Below, piece after piece: positions 9,549-19,523 of a stretch of DNA of 64,000 nt. Position 1 is the first letter of the stretch; each line of letters begins with the position of its first letter. Both the position numbers and the translations under genes were made by a program. This DNA comes from an uncultured Nitrososphaeria archaeon (lineage in GTDB: Archaea; Thermoproteota; Nitrososphaeria; Geothermarchaeales; JDFR-13). The DNA lies in NCBI GenBank assembly GCA_964437705.1, contig CAYTHX010000008.1, positions 7,590 through 71,589 on the forward strand, in the 5' to 3' direction. The notes beneath the pieces were generated by a model. That model was not told the DNA's origin. It worked only from the letters and a program-made list of their open reading frames with translations, and did not search any database.

Positions 9549-9953
9549 TTATTCTATGATCTCTACACTAACATTAAATTCTGATAGTTGTGTAAAGTGT
9601 TTTTATCCCTAGTTACTACTGTAGCTTTCTTTCTTTTTGTAATAGCCGCAATTATCAAATCTCTATCTGGAATTTCTACCCCCTTCTCCCTCAAACTATA
9701 CTCTAAATCTATAATATCTAAAATTACCTCCTGATCAATATGTTCAACCTCAAAAATCTCTTCAATAAATTTCTTTGCCTCCTTAATATCCTTACCAACA
9801 CCTTAAGTCTATAGAGATACTCATAGAGAACCACTATCGGTATCATAACTTCTTATATCTACCCATTAGATCTACATATAGCTTCGTATTCCCCCTATCC
9901 AAAATATCAATCAATACATTAGTATCTAGAAGACCTACTTCTCCCCCAACCAC
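9549..9953 (-). pseudogene. vapC: VapC PIN toxin pseudogene (about 4 frameshifts)
   Basis: Pieces in different frames: LLDTNVLIDIL / IVVLYEYL / KKFIEEIFEV / IPDRDLIIAA...VVTRD / HFTQL; overlaps the end of vapB. Confidence 0.85.
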
Positions 9954-10183
9954 TTCATCCAATAAACCTCACCTAAAACCTTCTCTAGAGATTTAATTTC
10001 CTCCTCACTTAAACCAAACTTCATTTTATACTCAAGAATCAGGTAAAGCTTAGACTTAACCTCCTCCCTCAACAACCGTCTAATCGCTTCATCCATAGAC
10101 TTCACACCAACCCTATCCTTATACCTCTTCAACTCAACATACGTATCATCTCTAACAACTATAGTCTTCATCAAAAAATACAA
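9935..10183 (-). CDS. vapB: VapB-type antitoxin (RHH-like)
   Basis: MKTIVVRDDTYVELKRYK...SMDEAIRRLL; directly upstream of the PIN pseudogene. Confidence 0.8.
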   Translation of the reverse strand: MYFLMKTIVVRDDTYVELKRYKDRVGVKSMDEAIRRLLREEVKSKLYLILEYKMKFGLSEEEIKSLEKVLGEVYWMKWLGEK

Positions 10184-10484
10184 AAAACAAAATGAGACTT
10201 TATAAACCCCTACAAATCAACTTCTGTCCCACCACTAGAAATTAATAAACCACAAAAATCAATATCCTTAATGAAATAAACAATCTAAGCATTAGAATTC
10301 CCAAACAAGGAATGGAATGTCTTCTACTGATTATTTTTGTTAGGGATTTTAAGTTGGGGATGGTTTTTATGTTATGTTTCTAGAGAGAATTAAAAGTTAA
10401 GTAGTAGTTATTTTTATATTTAGTTTAGTTTAGATTAGATTTTTAGAGTTTTTGATTGTAGATTTTATGGCTTTATTTTTGTTT

Positions 10485-10979
10485 TTAGATTTTTGTGTAT
10501 TTGAGTTTGTGTTTTTCTCCGTATTTGATTAGTTTTTCGTCTTTGGTTATGAGGGTTATATTCAGTTTTTTCCATGTTGTAGCTATAATTGCGTCTGCTA
10601 TGCTCGGCCAGAATCCATCTCTTTTTTCGATAAACATTTCTTTTTCTTCTAGTAGTAGGTTATATGCATCTATTAAATCTCTTATGTTTAGGGGGATTAT
10701 AGTTAATTTGTTTATTCCGAGTATTTGGTAGTTATTATATAGATTATCATATCCCCTCTTTAGGTTTTTAAATAGTTCTAATCCCATCTCTATATCTAAT
10801 CCTCCTCTACTTTCTAGTTTATAAGCAGGATAGGCTAATTCATGAAAACTTATTACATGAATCATAATATCATTGCCTTTAATTAATTTCATAACTGGCT
10901 CATGATACTTTGAGTTTACAAATATTAATCCCCATACAGCAATTGTATCGAGAAGTAGTTTTTTCAAAGGTGGCACCAA
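10485..10979 (-). CDS. PIN-domain protein (VapC-like)
   Basis: LLLDT, SFHEL, SIADAIIA, LITKD acidic motifs. Confidence 0.85.
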   Translation of the reverse strand: MVPPLKKLLLDTIAVWGLIFVNSKYHEPVMKLIKGNDIMIHVISFHELAYPAYKLESRGGLDIEMGLELFKNLKRGYDNLYNNYQILGINKLTIIPLNIRDLIDAYNLLLEEKEMFIEKRDGFWPSIADAIIATTWKKLNITLITKDEKLIKYGEKHKLKYTKI

Positions 10980-11039
10980 TTAATAGTAAGTGTAAAATTT
11001 ATATTTTAAGTTATCCTTATAGAAAAGTGGGATAACTAA

Positions 11040-11273
11040 ATGTATGAAATAATTAAGATTTATGATAAGAAGGGGCATACTGTTTTAAGAAAAAGGGTTT
11101 TAGAGCATTTAGGTGTTAAAGAAGGAGATTTATTAATTGCTGAATTAAAATATAAAGGTATGGTTATCTTAAGACCATTAAATATGGATGATTTTCTAGC
11201 TAAACTAAATAACGTTGAAAATGAAGATCTAGTCCTTGCTGAGAAAGTAAAAATCTCTTTCGAAGCTAGATAA
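11040..11273 (+). CDS. AbrB/MazE/SpoVT-like DNA-binding protein
   Basis: KKGHTVL...VLEHLGVKEGDLL...MVILRP swapped-hairpin pattern. Confidence 0.75.
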   Translation: MYEIIKIYDKKGHTVLRKRVLEHLGVKEGDLLIAELKYKGMVILRPLNMDDFLAKLNNVENEDLVLAEKVKISFEAR

Positions 11274-11412
11274 CATCTTACATAAATACAAGCTAAAATT
11301 CTCTAGCGTGAATTTCAAATAGAAAGGGTGATGTGGTATAAAACGGAGTTTTTGTGGATACTGAGATTTCTCTAGATATCTCCTGTATCTAGACTATACT
11401 TTTGATTAAGGT

Positions 11413-12513
11413 TTATGTTTCTATTATGAATTTTCCGTTTTTGTATATTAATTCTCCATCTGCATATACTTTTCCTTCTTTCATGCTTTTTATTAGGTCC
11501 CAGTGGATAGCGGATTTATTTTTTCCTCCAGTTTTTGGGTATGCTGCACCTAATGCTAAATGTATTGTCCCACCTATCTTCTCATCAAACAGTATATTCC
11601 TTACAGATCTGGTTATATCATAATTTAATCCGAATGCGAATTCTCCTATTCGTTTAGCTCCTTCATCAGTCTCCAACATTTTCCTTAGGAATTCTTCTCC
11701 AACTTCTGCTTTTGCATCAACAACTTTACCTTGTTTAAATGTTAGCTTAGCACCTTTAACTTCTACTCCTCGCCAAATAGCTGGATAATCAAATTTTACA
11801 TATCCTTCAGCTGAGTCTTCATGTGGAGCTGTAAATATTTCTCCACCTGGCATATTAACTTTTCCATCATCATTAATCCATGTTCTACCACTAACATTAA
11901 TGGTTAAATCTGTATCTTCACCTACAATTCTTATTTCACTAACCTTCTTTAGAACATTTATAATTTTTTCTTGCCAAGAAGCTTGTTCAGCCCATGCTTT
12001 TACAGGGTCATCCCTATATAGCTTTAGCGCCTTAAATACAAAGTCCTCAAATTCTAGGGGTGACATTCCAGCTTCTTGAGCTAATGCTCTAGTTGGATAT
12101 GCAGTTACAACCCATCTTAATTTTCCTTCAGCATCTCTACGCATAAAAATTTCAGTTAACTTTGTAGTAGTTTGTGCTCTAATCTTCATTTTCTCTGGAT
12201 CTATATTTACTAATGGCTTAGTATGTGTTGATGAAAGTATGGATATCCTAACGTCAATATTCTCCATAATAAACTCATCAATCTTAGAATAGTACTTTAA
12301 TAGGCTTTCTGGAGCATACCTATAAAATAACTCGGTTAATACTTCATCCGTTAAGTTTAACCTTGGATAAGCTCCTTTAGATACAACTTCTTTCCATAGC
12401 TCTCTGATTAATGGAAAAGCCTCATAAGTGGAAGAGATGAATACTTCATCATCTGTCTTAACACATGTACAGTACTCAACTAATAATTTTGCAAATTTCG
12501 TGAACATGATCAA
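11413..12513 (-). CDS. Aminopeptidase, M29 family
   Basis: NMPGGEIFTAP, IGEFAFG, LFDEKIGGTIHLALG, SAIHWD. Confidence 0.93.
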   Translation of the reverse strand: MIMFTKFAKLLVEYCTCVKTDDEVFISSTYEAFPLIRELWKEVVSKGAYPRLNLTDEVLTELFYRYAPESLLKYYSKIDEFIMENIDVRISILSSTHTKPLVNIDPEKMKIRAQTTTKLTEIFMRRDAEGKLRWVVTAYPTRALAQEAGMSPLEFEDFVFKALKLYRDDPVKAWAEQASWQEKIINVLKKVSEIRIVGEDTDLTINVSGRTWINDDGKVNMPGGEIFTAPHEDSAEGYVKFDYPAIWRGVEVKGAKLTFKQGKVVDAKAEVGEEFLRKMLETDEGAKRIGEFAFGLNYDITRSVRNILFDEKIGGTIHLALGAAYPKTGGKNKSAIHWDLIKSMKEGKVYADGELIYKNGKFIIET

Positions 12514-12792
12514 GACACCTCATGTCTAAAAATATTACATAATAGTTATGAATACTTACCCCAACAAAAAATTATTGTGGATATACTATTATGATTTTAA
12601 TATTAATTTATCTTTAAGCATATTTTTCTTTAATAGTTAATTCTCTTCCTAGTATTATCTTAATTATTATGTGAAAATGGCGTAGGAAATTAAGAGTTAT
12701 TATGTTTTGGTATTAATTAGATATTTCTAGATATATTTATTAAAAATTATTCTTCCTATGCTTATTGCCTTTTTGTCACTAATAAGGGGTAA

Positions 12793-14127
12793 TTGGGGAC
12801 TCTCTTTATGAGCAGTGATAAAAGCTATCTTATTGCTATTGTTATACTGGTTTTTGCTTCAACCATCATAAACTTGGGCTTTTCAGCATTATCCCCTGTT
12901 TTTCCTTATTTGATTTTAGCATTGAAGGGTGTATTGAGTGAGCTTCCTGACCTTGTTAGTGGAGTTATTGAGGCCCATAAGGGGGCTATGGAGTTTGGGG
13001 CATTAATGGCTGCTTTTATGGTTACTAGGGCGCCTACAGCTGGTGTAATTGGTTTTTTGAGTGATGTGTTAGGTAAGAAGAGGACTATACTATTCGGAAT
13101 GGGGCTTTACGTTATTGTATCTATCGGTTTTCTTCTCTCAAATAGTATAATTTTGTTTATAGTGTTTAGAGGAGTCCAAGGTATAGCTTCTGCAATGGTG
13201 TGGCCTGTTGCCGAAGCTTATCTAGCTGATATCAGTCCTCGATGGTCTAGAGGTAAAGCTATCTCGCTATATACCTCTAGTATGCTTATTGCCGAGATTT
13301 TAGGTCCTGGAATTGGCGTCGCGATATATAAGCTGTATATTACATGGTTTGATGCGGGAGATGTTATTGCTGCGCTAAAGTCCCCTATAATATTCTTGGT
13401 TATATCAAGTCTCGCTTCCCTAGTAACCCTACTTTTCATTCCTGAGTATAAGATAGGCCGACTAGTGGAGGCAGGTGGAGTAGTTAGTGGGATAAGAGAG
13501 GTTCTTTCGACTATGAAGGAAGTTCCTAGCTACATAGCTAGGAGCCTACGAGTTATCTATTTGAATGGACTTATTAATGGAGTGGCGATGGGTGTGACAC
13601 ATACAGTTGTTATAGTATACATTATTGAGGTTATAGTTAAAGATCCAGTTTATATAGGGCTTTTTTACACGTTAATGTCTATAGTTGCCTTACCTGCAAG
13701 TCTCCTCGCAGGTTATCTTAGTGACCGAGTTAAAAAGAGAAAACCATTCGTTATAGCAGGTTATTTAATTGGGAGATCAGTATTAATTTTAATGCCATTT
13801 ATTAGAAATTTAATTGCAATGCTTTTCCTCGGGAGTTTACTTAGCTTAGTATTTGGTCTTGCAGCTCCAATTATGAGGACACTACAAGCTGATTTAGCGC
13901 CAGAAGGTACTAGAGGTAGCATATTCGGCATACAACAGTTTTTCTTTAATGGAGGCGCTTTTTTAGGTTCACTTCTTGGAGGCTACTTAACCAATAAATA
14001 TGCTACACAAACATTCCAAATTTTCGGATATATTCTCTCTGGCTATATAGTTCCATTTTGGTTTGCCGGTCTCCTAGGCATAATTACAACTATTCTGTTC
14101 ATAATATATGTTGAGGAGCGTAAGTAG
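12793..14127 (+). CDS. MFS transporter
   Basis: About 12 hydrophobic segments; motif A copies GFLSDVLGKK and GYLSDRVKKR. Confidence 0.9.
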   Translation: MGTLFMSSDKSYLIAIVILVFASTIINLGFSALSPVFPYLILALKGVLSELPDLVSGVIEAHKGAMEFGALMAAFMVTRAPTAGVIGFLSDVLGKKRTILFGMGLYVIVSIGFLLSNSIILFIVFRGVQGIASAMVWPVAEAYLADISPRWSRGKAISLYTSSMLIAEILGPGIGVAIYKLYITWFDAGDVIAALKSPIIFLVISSLASLVTLLFIPEYKIGRLVEAGGVVSGIREVLSTMKEVPSYIARSLRVIYLNGLINGVAMGVTHTVVIVYIIEVIVKDPVYIGLFYTLMSIVALPASLLAGYLSDRVKKRKPFVIAGYLIGRSVLILMPFIRNLIAMLFLGSLLSLVFGLAAPIMRTLQADLAPEGTRGSIFGIQQFFFNGGAFLGSLLGGYLTNKYATQTFQIFGYILSGYIVPFWFAGLLGIITTILFIIYVEERK

Positions 14128-14233
14128 ATACCTAAACTACCGTCATGGTAAATTAGTAGAATATGATGCTTTAATCTACTTTTACTAATATATAGACTAT
14201 AGAAAAAATTGATATACGTGTAGAGTTATTGGT

Positions 14234-14581
14234 TTGGATATGAAGAAAATCGAGGTTTATACTGTTGATGATTTGAAGAGGGATCTTGATGCTGGTGCTC
14301 GTGATAGCGAAGTTGCACTTAAGAAGTGGAAGTCTGTAATGAAGCTTCTAGAGACTATAGAGGAAGTTGCTATTCAAGTAACTTCATTTTGCTTTAAATA
14401 TCAGGGTCAAGGATGTTCAGGCTGTCCAATTCTAAAATACGACTATCCATGTGGACATCCATACGCAACCTTCACAATATTTTATCAAGAGCTTAAAAAA
14501 CTTAGAGCTCTCGGAGAAAAGATCTATATGATGCTTATAGCGATAGATAAGGAGGAACAAGAAAAAGAATATTATAGCTAA
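14234..14581 (+). CDS. Hypothetical helical protein with a 4-Cys cluster
   Basis: C-x7-CxxC-x8-C between amphipathic helices. Confidence 0.7.
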   Translation: MDMKKIEVYTVDDLKRDLDAGARDSEVALKKWKSVMKLLETIEEVAIQVTSFCFKYQGQGCSGCPILKYDYPCGHPYATFTIFYQELKKLRALGEKIYMMLIAIDKEEQEKEYYS

Positions 14582-14647
14582 CTATCATAATACTATCATT
14601 TTAATTTCAAACTCCTTTTATCGTTAATTTAGAATATTTATTTTGGT

Positions 14648-15090
14648 ATGATGGATTTAGTTAAGAAAGCTTGTAACTTACTTATTGAAAATTTAGGTGA
14701 TAAAATTGTAGCTGTTTCTCTTTTTGGTAGTTTAGCTAGAGGTGAAGCTAGTAAATATAGTGATGTAGATTTCTTTATCGTAGTTAGAAACTTTAATGAT
14801 CCAAATAGAAGATTTAAAATATATCACTATTTATATAGCGTTTTAAAAAGGATGTGACGGTTATTGATATCGATGAAGATAAACTTTTTAGAGATGATTT
14901 AAAGATTTCCCCTCTACTACTAAATATTATATATGACTCTATAATTCTCTATGATCCAACTGGAAGATTAACTAAATTATTCGATAGGATTAAGTATGCT
15001 ATAGATAAAAATTTAGTTAGGTATAAAACTCCAGATGGTAAATATGGCTGGAAACCTAGAAAAGGAATATTAAGTATAATAAAGGTGTAA
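14648..15090 (+). pseudogene. Minimal nucleotidyltransferase (MNT) split by a -1 frameshift
   Basis: LFGSLARG...SDVD in 14648-14857; domain continues KDVTVID...ILYDP in the -1 frame. Confidence 0.8.
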
Positions 15091-15094
15091 AATT

Positions 15095-15539
15095 ATGGAG
15101 ATAGATCCCAGCTCTGAAGTCAAGTATAGAGTAAAATTATCAAATAAATATTTAAAGAGAGCTAAGAAGTTCTTGACAACTGGTGATTGGAAGGAAAGCG
15201 CTGAAGCTTCCCCGTTATCTGCTGAAAATGCGGCTAAAGCTATAATTGCTATAAAGAGGATACCAAGCTGGGACACACGACTCCTCCCATGAACTTAAGG
15301 AGATAATTAATGAATTTAGTGAGGATCTAAGAAATTTAATACTAGAATTAGCGTCTATTGTTCACGAATTAGCACCAGAGCATATATTAGTATCATATGG
15401 AAAGTCTGATGAAGGATTGACACCTTGGGATATCTATAATGAGGAGAAGGCAAAACTATTGTTTAATAAGGCTAAGAGAGCTAATGAAATAATGAATAAA
15501 ATCATTAAGAGAGAGTTTGGATATACTACTTCACAATAA
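15095..15539 (+). pseudogene. HEPN-domain protein, frameshifted
   Basis: SAENAAKAII...PSW, then an extra G near 15270; the +1 frame continues THDSSHEL...LAPEH...YG to TAA at 15539. Confidence 0.8.
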
Positions 15540-15640
15540 ATCTAGTTAAAAAGGTCCTTAAAGGCAAATAAGGTAATATGTTAGGAATCTTAGAGTGTAA
15601 CTAATTACAAAGATAGAGCTAATAAAATACTTATACTCTT

Positions 15641-15997
15641 CTACGTTACTTCTCTATATTCATCTATGAATCTCTTATACCAATTTCTATATTCATTTGG
15701 TGTTACTATGTGTATTTCATATGGTGTATCTCTTCCTATTTTACTCGCTATTTCCAACCTTAACTTTAATCTATCCCTAATATTTCCCGCTATATCTGTA
15801 ACTATTAATATATCTATATCACTATCTGGTTTCATATCACCTCTCACGTAACTTCCAAAGAGAATTACTCTTGCTTTTTCATCATATTTTCTCGCTGTAT
15901 TAAGCATCTCTTTTAAGTAGTACTCTAGGTTTTTATAATATTTCTTCCACGCTTTTATCCTTTCTAACTCTAATTCAATTAAGCTTTTTCTAGACAT
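15641..15997 (-). CDS. Minimal nucleotidyltransferase (MNT) antitoxin
   Basis: VILFGSYVRG...DSDIDILIV. Confidence 0.88.
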   Translation of the reverse strand: MSRKSLIELELERIKAWKKYYKNLEYYLKEMLNTARKYDEKARVILFGSYVRGDMKPDSDIDILIVTDIAGNIRDRLKLRLEIASKIGRDTPYEIHIVTPNEYRNWYKRFIDEYREVT

Positions 15998-16015
15998 TTA
16001 AATACACCTAATATT

Positions 16016-16357
16016 TTATCTGAAAATTTTTAAGATTCTCTCAGCTATCTCCCTATCATATTCTCTTGGTAGGTATCTTGACGTAATATATGCCTCCTCT
16101 AATAGGTACAGTATCTCGAGATCTTCATTATAGATTTTCTTAAGTTCCTCACTTCCATATACTTTAATTACATCTTGTATGAGTCTAACTATTGAATGTG
16201 TTTTTGGATAATCTCCTATTTTCATGTATAGTAAGTGCTTCAAGTATAACTGAATAAATTGTTCAACATGAAATAACACAAGGTCATAATACCCCCTAGA
16301 AAAATTTATTTTCGCAGTATCTAGGAATGCCTCAGCTCTTCTCCTTAAAAATCTCAT
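16016..16357 (-). CDS. HEPN-domain protein, last helix probably truncated by a frameshift
   Basis: FHVEQFIQLYLK, PKTHS, YITSRY; the +1 frame after the A5 run gives KFSDKILGVFKCLEKA overlapping the MNT start. Confidence 0.85.
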   Translation of the reverse strand: MRFLRRRAEAFLDTAKINFSRGYYDLVLFHVEQFIQLYLKHLLYMKIGDYPKTHSIVRLIQDVIKVYGSEELKKIYNEDLEILYLLEEAYITSRYLPREYDREIAERILKIFR

Positions 16358-16696
16358 CCTAAATTATTCACCACAATAAAATAGTTTTATACTTTGCCTT
16401 AAAGTAATACAATTACTACTTTAATTATTTACTCAATTCCTTCATATCTATTATTAGTGATGTAATTGCGATTGCTAATAGTAGTAATACTCTATTCATT
16501 TGTCTATATGCCTTACTAAAATATTCTAGAACATCCATTTTTACTTTCTATTTCACACCTAACTTTAAAAAACTTTAATATTTTTCCTACTTTCTAAATC
16601 TATGCTAATAATTTTAGAGACCTACCTACTAAAGATCAGTATCAATTAATCATATATATCGTAGATTTTTGAAGTATCTGTTTTTTAGGTTTTGTT

Positions 16697-17053
16697 ATGT
16701 CGCTATATATTCATGGTGATTTAGCGTCGGTTAAGGTTCCCAATTCTAGAATTCAAAGGATATGTGCTGTTGGATTAACTAGCGATGCTATTTTATTATC
16801 TTGTTTTGGAAAGTTTTCTTCATGTTTATGTGCTAGAATGGGTCCATTACTAGAAGAATATATTGTTTATAAGCGGTTGGAGGGTAAACTTAGGGATTAT
16901 GATAGTATTAAGGCTATATCATATTACTCGATTCGAGGTGTTAAAGCTATGGTAAAGCTTGGCATAGAGATGCTTACAATCGAGGCTCAAGATGGTATTT
17001 ATGAGTTTGTAGCTGTTGGCCGCTATGCTAAATTTGGTATGCGTAATTTTTAG
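16697..17053 (+). CDS. Hypothetical protein
   Basis: 118-aa ATG ORF in otherwise empty space; no family recognised. Confidence 0.5.
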   Translation: MSLYIHGDLASVKVPNSRIQRICAVGLTSDAILLSCFGKFSSCLCARMGPLLEEYIVYKRLEGKLRDYDSIKAISYYSIRGVKAMVKLGIEMLTIEAQDGIYEFVAVGRYAKFGMRNF

Positions 17054-17141
17054 AGGAGCGCAAACTGAGACTTAAAATGATTAATCCAACCGTGAAGTTT
17101 GAGGAGAATTTATGAACCTAATTTATTCTTACTATTCATAT

Positions 17142-17744
17142 TTACTGGTTTTTCTTTAGTATGTCCTCGCTCACTATCTTCTCTAAATACTTCTTAAGTG
17201 TTTTTCTTATTTGCCATCTTTTATTTATATTTCCATAAAGCTTTAGCGCTGCTGCCCGTATACTATTTAACTCTGCTACTTTCTCTAGTATCTGCTTCTC
17301 TTCCTCCGTTATTTCTTCTTTATAGTGTTGTAAAGCTGTCGTAGCAATTTCTCTCGGTTCCAGACCCATATAGATATACTCCTTATCCGTCGGTATATCC
17401 AACTTCTCAATAACCTCAAACTCTATAATCGTCACTATATCATCTGGAGTTACTCTTAACCGGTACACTCTTCTCAAACTTCTAACTAATTCCTTTACAC
17501 TTCTAAATCCATCTCTCCAAGCATCCTGATCTGTTAACTCCCTAATCTTCTTAAACCTAACTCTCTTAACCTTTATCTTAGCAATTACTTTTCCACCACT
17601 ATGGATAACTAACTCATCACTCATTGGTATAACTTTACCTAACCTAATTGTAGTAGTCTTCCTTCCCCTTAGAATAAGCTCTGCAAATCTCCCCTTAACA
17701 GTAATTATCCTCTTAATATACCTCGGCTTACTAAATATAGACAT
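17142..17744 (-). CDS. ASCH-domain protein with C-terminal helical domain
   Basis: ILRGRKTTTIR and LTDQDAWRDGF motifs. Confidence 0.88.
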   Translation of the reverse strand: MSIFSKPRYIKRIITVKGRFAELILRGRKTTTIRLGKVIPMSDELVIHSGGKVIAKIKVKRVRFKKIRELTDQDAWRDGFRSVKELVRSLRRVYRLRVTPDDIVTIIEFEVIEKLDIPTDKEYIYMGLEPREIATTALQHYKEEITEEEKQILEKVAELNSIRAAALKLYGNINKRWQIRKTLKKYLEKIVSEDILKKNQ

Positions 17745-18111
17745 CGCAGAGGCCTATACAGATATTACTACCCCCACTATCAATAGAATATACTTATTTG
17801 TATCCTCATTAGATTATATTTAGGTTTTCTATATTATGGCTGGTTTGACCACCTAAAAATTCTGAAATTTCCAAAATATATTTTGGAGTTATTTGTTTAA
17901 TCTCAATAATTCTTCTCTTGAAGGCTAAAGTTACTGGAAAATATGCAATAGAGAGTAAAAGTGGTATCGTACCCAGAAAATTTATTTTACATAATACCTG
18001 TATCCCTAGAAGTCACTTCTATAGTCGAATTATCACAATTGTACTGTAAATATGGGTTTACACGTATTTACACGCCCAATATCCATAAATTTTCTAGTTA
18101 GTTATCTAGGT

Positions 18112-19269
18112 TTACTTAATGATATTTAATATGTTTTCATACCTCAGCTTCGGCACTTCTATATTATTTAACCATATATAAGTGTTATACTTTTTGATTT
18201 CACCTAGGGTCATTTTTTCTTTGGAATCTTCATTCTTCAGCCTATCTTTAGCTTTATGTAGTAGTTTTGCTATTGTTGGAACATATCTCCATAAGTGATA
18301 CTTTTTAAAATTCTCAAAACATATTTTCTTGTACCACCTCTTCCACTCTCTCTTTAACACTTCATCAATTAATCCTGGATCCTCAATTTGCGGCCTAAGA
18401 AGCTTTAACTCAAAGATTGATTTATATGGGCAGTAGTAACATGATACTCTGGTTGCACCCATAAGATAATCTGGATGTATAATTTTATTCTCCTTTGCTA
18501 TAGTTATAACATCGATTAACGTTAGTGGTGCGATTGGATAAAACTTTCTACCTTCGATAAACTTTCCTTTCAATAGCTTGGCTGATAGTTTTTCATGTCT
18601 TTTTGAGGCTTCCCAAACTCTATCTCCAATAGCATGTACATCTACATTACTCTTCCTAATATAATCCTTAATTGGCTTAACCTTTAGATATGTACACCAC
18701 CTCTCTCTTCTATATGGCAATCCTTCTTCAAAAAGATACTTCCTAATGATACTTTTTGGTGGACTGGTAATAGTAATATCAACACTCAACCTTTTAGCTA
18801 AACGCTCAATAAACCTAATATTATACTCTGGCTCTAAATATGGCATATGAACATATATCGCTCTAAGTCTAAAATTAATTTTTTCCATAAGCTTAAGTAG
18901 AATTAGTAATATAGCTGTAGAATCTTTACCACCACTAAAGGATAGAACTAAATTCTTACCTTCAAGCTGCTTACCGATAATTCCATGTAAAAAATCAACA
19001 TATTCATCTAAATTGTCAATAAGCCTACAAAAAATCCATGGATACTCACCAAACCACTTATTAAAAAATAAAGTAGAATCATCAACATAGTAAATGCCAT
19101 TACAGATTTCGCTAGAAACATTATATGCAAAATCTTCAACCCATAGAAACCATTTAGTAATTCCTTCATCATAAGAGATAACTTTAGTTATATCCATACA
19201 AGAGGATATAAGCAATAGCTTATTCTCCTTTATAACTGGTAAAGCCTCAACCATCCAACAATAATACAC
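18112..19269 (-). CDS. PAPS-reductase-family PP-loop protein
   Basis: SFSGGKDS, RWCTYLKVKP, RVSCYYCP. Confidence 0.85.
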   Translation of the reverse strand: MYYCWMVEALPVIKENKLLLISSCMDITKVISYDEGITKWFLWVEDFAYNVSSEICNGIYYVDDSTLFFNKWFGEYPWIFCRLIDNLDEYVDFLHGIIGKQLEGKNLVLSFSGGKDSTAILLILLKLMEKINFRLRAIYVHMPYLEPEYNIRFIERLAKRLSVDITITSPPKSIIRKYLFEEGLPYRRERWCTYLKVKPIKDYIRKSNVDVHAIGDRVWEASKRHEKLSAKLLKGKFIEGRKFYPIAPLTLIDVITIAKENKIIHPDYLMGATRVSCYYCPYKSIFELKLLRPQIEDPGLIDEVLKREWKRWYKKICFENFKKYHLWRYVPTIAKLLHKAKDRLKNEDSKEKMTLGEIKKYNTYIWLNNIEVPKLRYENILNIIK

Positions 19270-19403
19270 AAGGAAATACTGTAATTAATTTTACTATACC
19301 TAGCGTTACTTCTATAGAGCGTATTAACAAGTAAATATCGTGAATATACCTATGCCAAATATAAACAACCATCTAATAGCTATTTTTCCCCTTTATTTTC
19401 TCT

Positions 19404-19495
19404 CTATATAGCTTAGGTACTTACCTATATAGATTACTTCATCATATATACAGATTATCAAGAAATCTATATAATTATTGAAGTCCTCTATATAG
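19404..19495. promoter_or_regulatory. Five CTATATAG-like boxes at 21-bp spacing upstream of pstS
   Basis: Boxes start at 19404, 19425, 19446 (ATATACAG), 19467 (CTATATAA) and 19488. Confidence 0.7.
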
Positions 19496-19523
19496 AATTG
19501 AGGAAATATATGGTGAGAGCTAA

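Noticed and set aside
11326..11365. GTGATGT...CTGA as a possible C/D sRNA; similar weak cases near 17050-17105 and 28950-28995
   Set aside because: Internal D'/C' boxes and guide spacing do not fit.
16425..16499. 24-codon hydrophobic ORF on the minus strand (MNRVLLLLAIAITSLIIDMKELSK)
   Set aside because: Too short to support; possibly a gene remnant.
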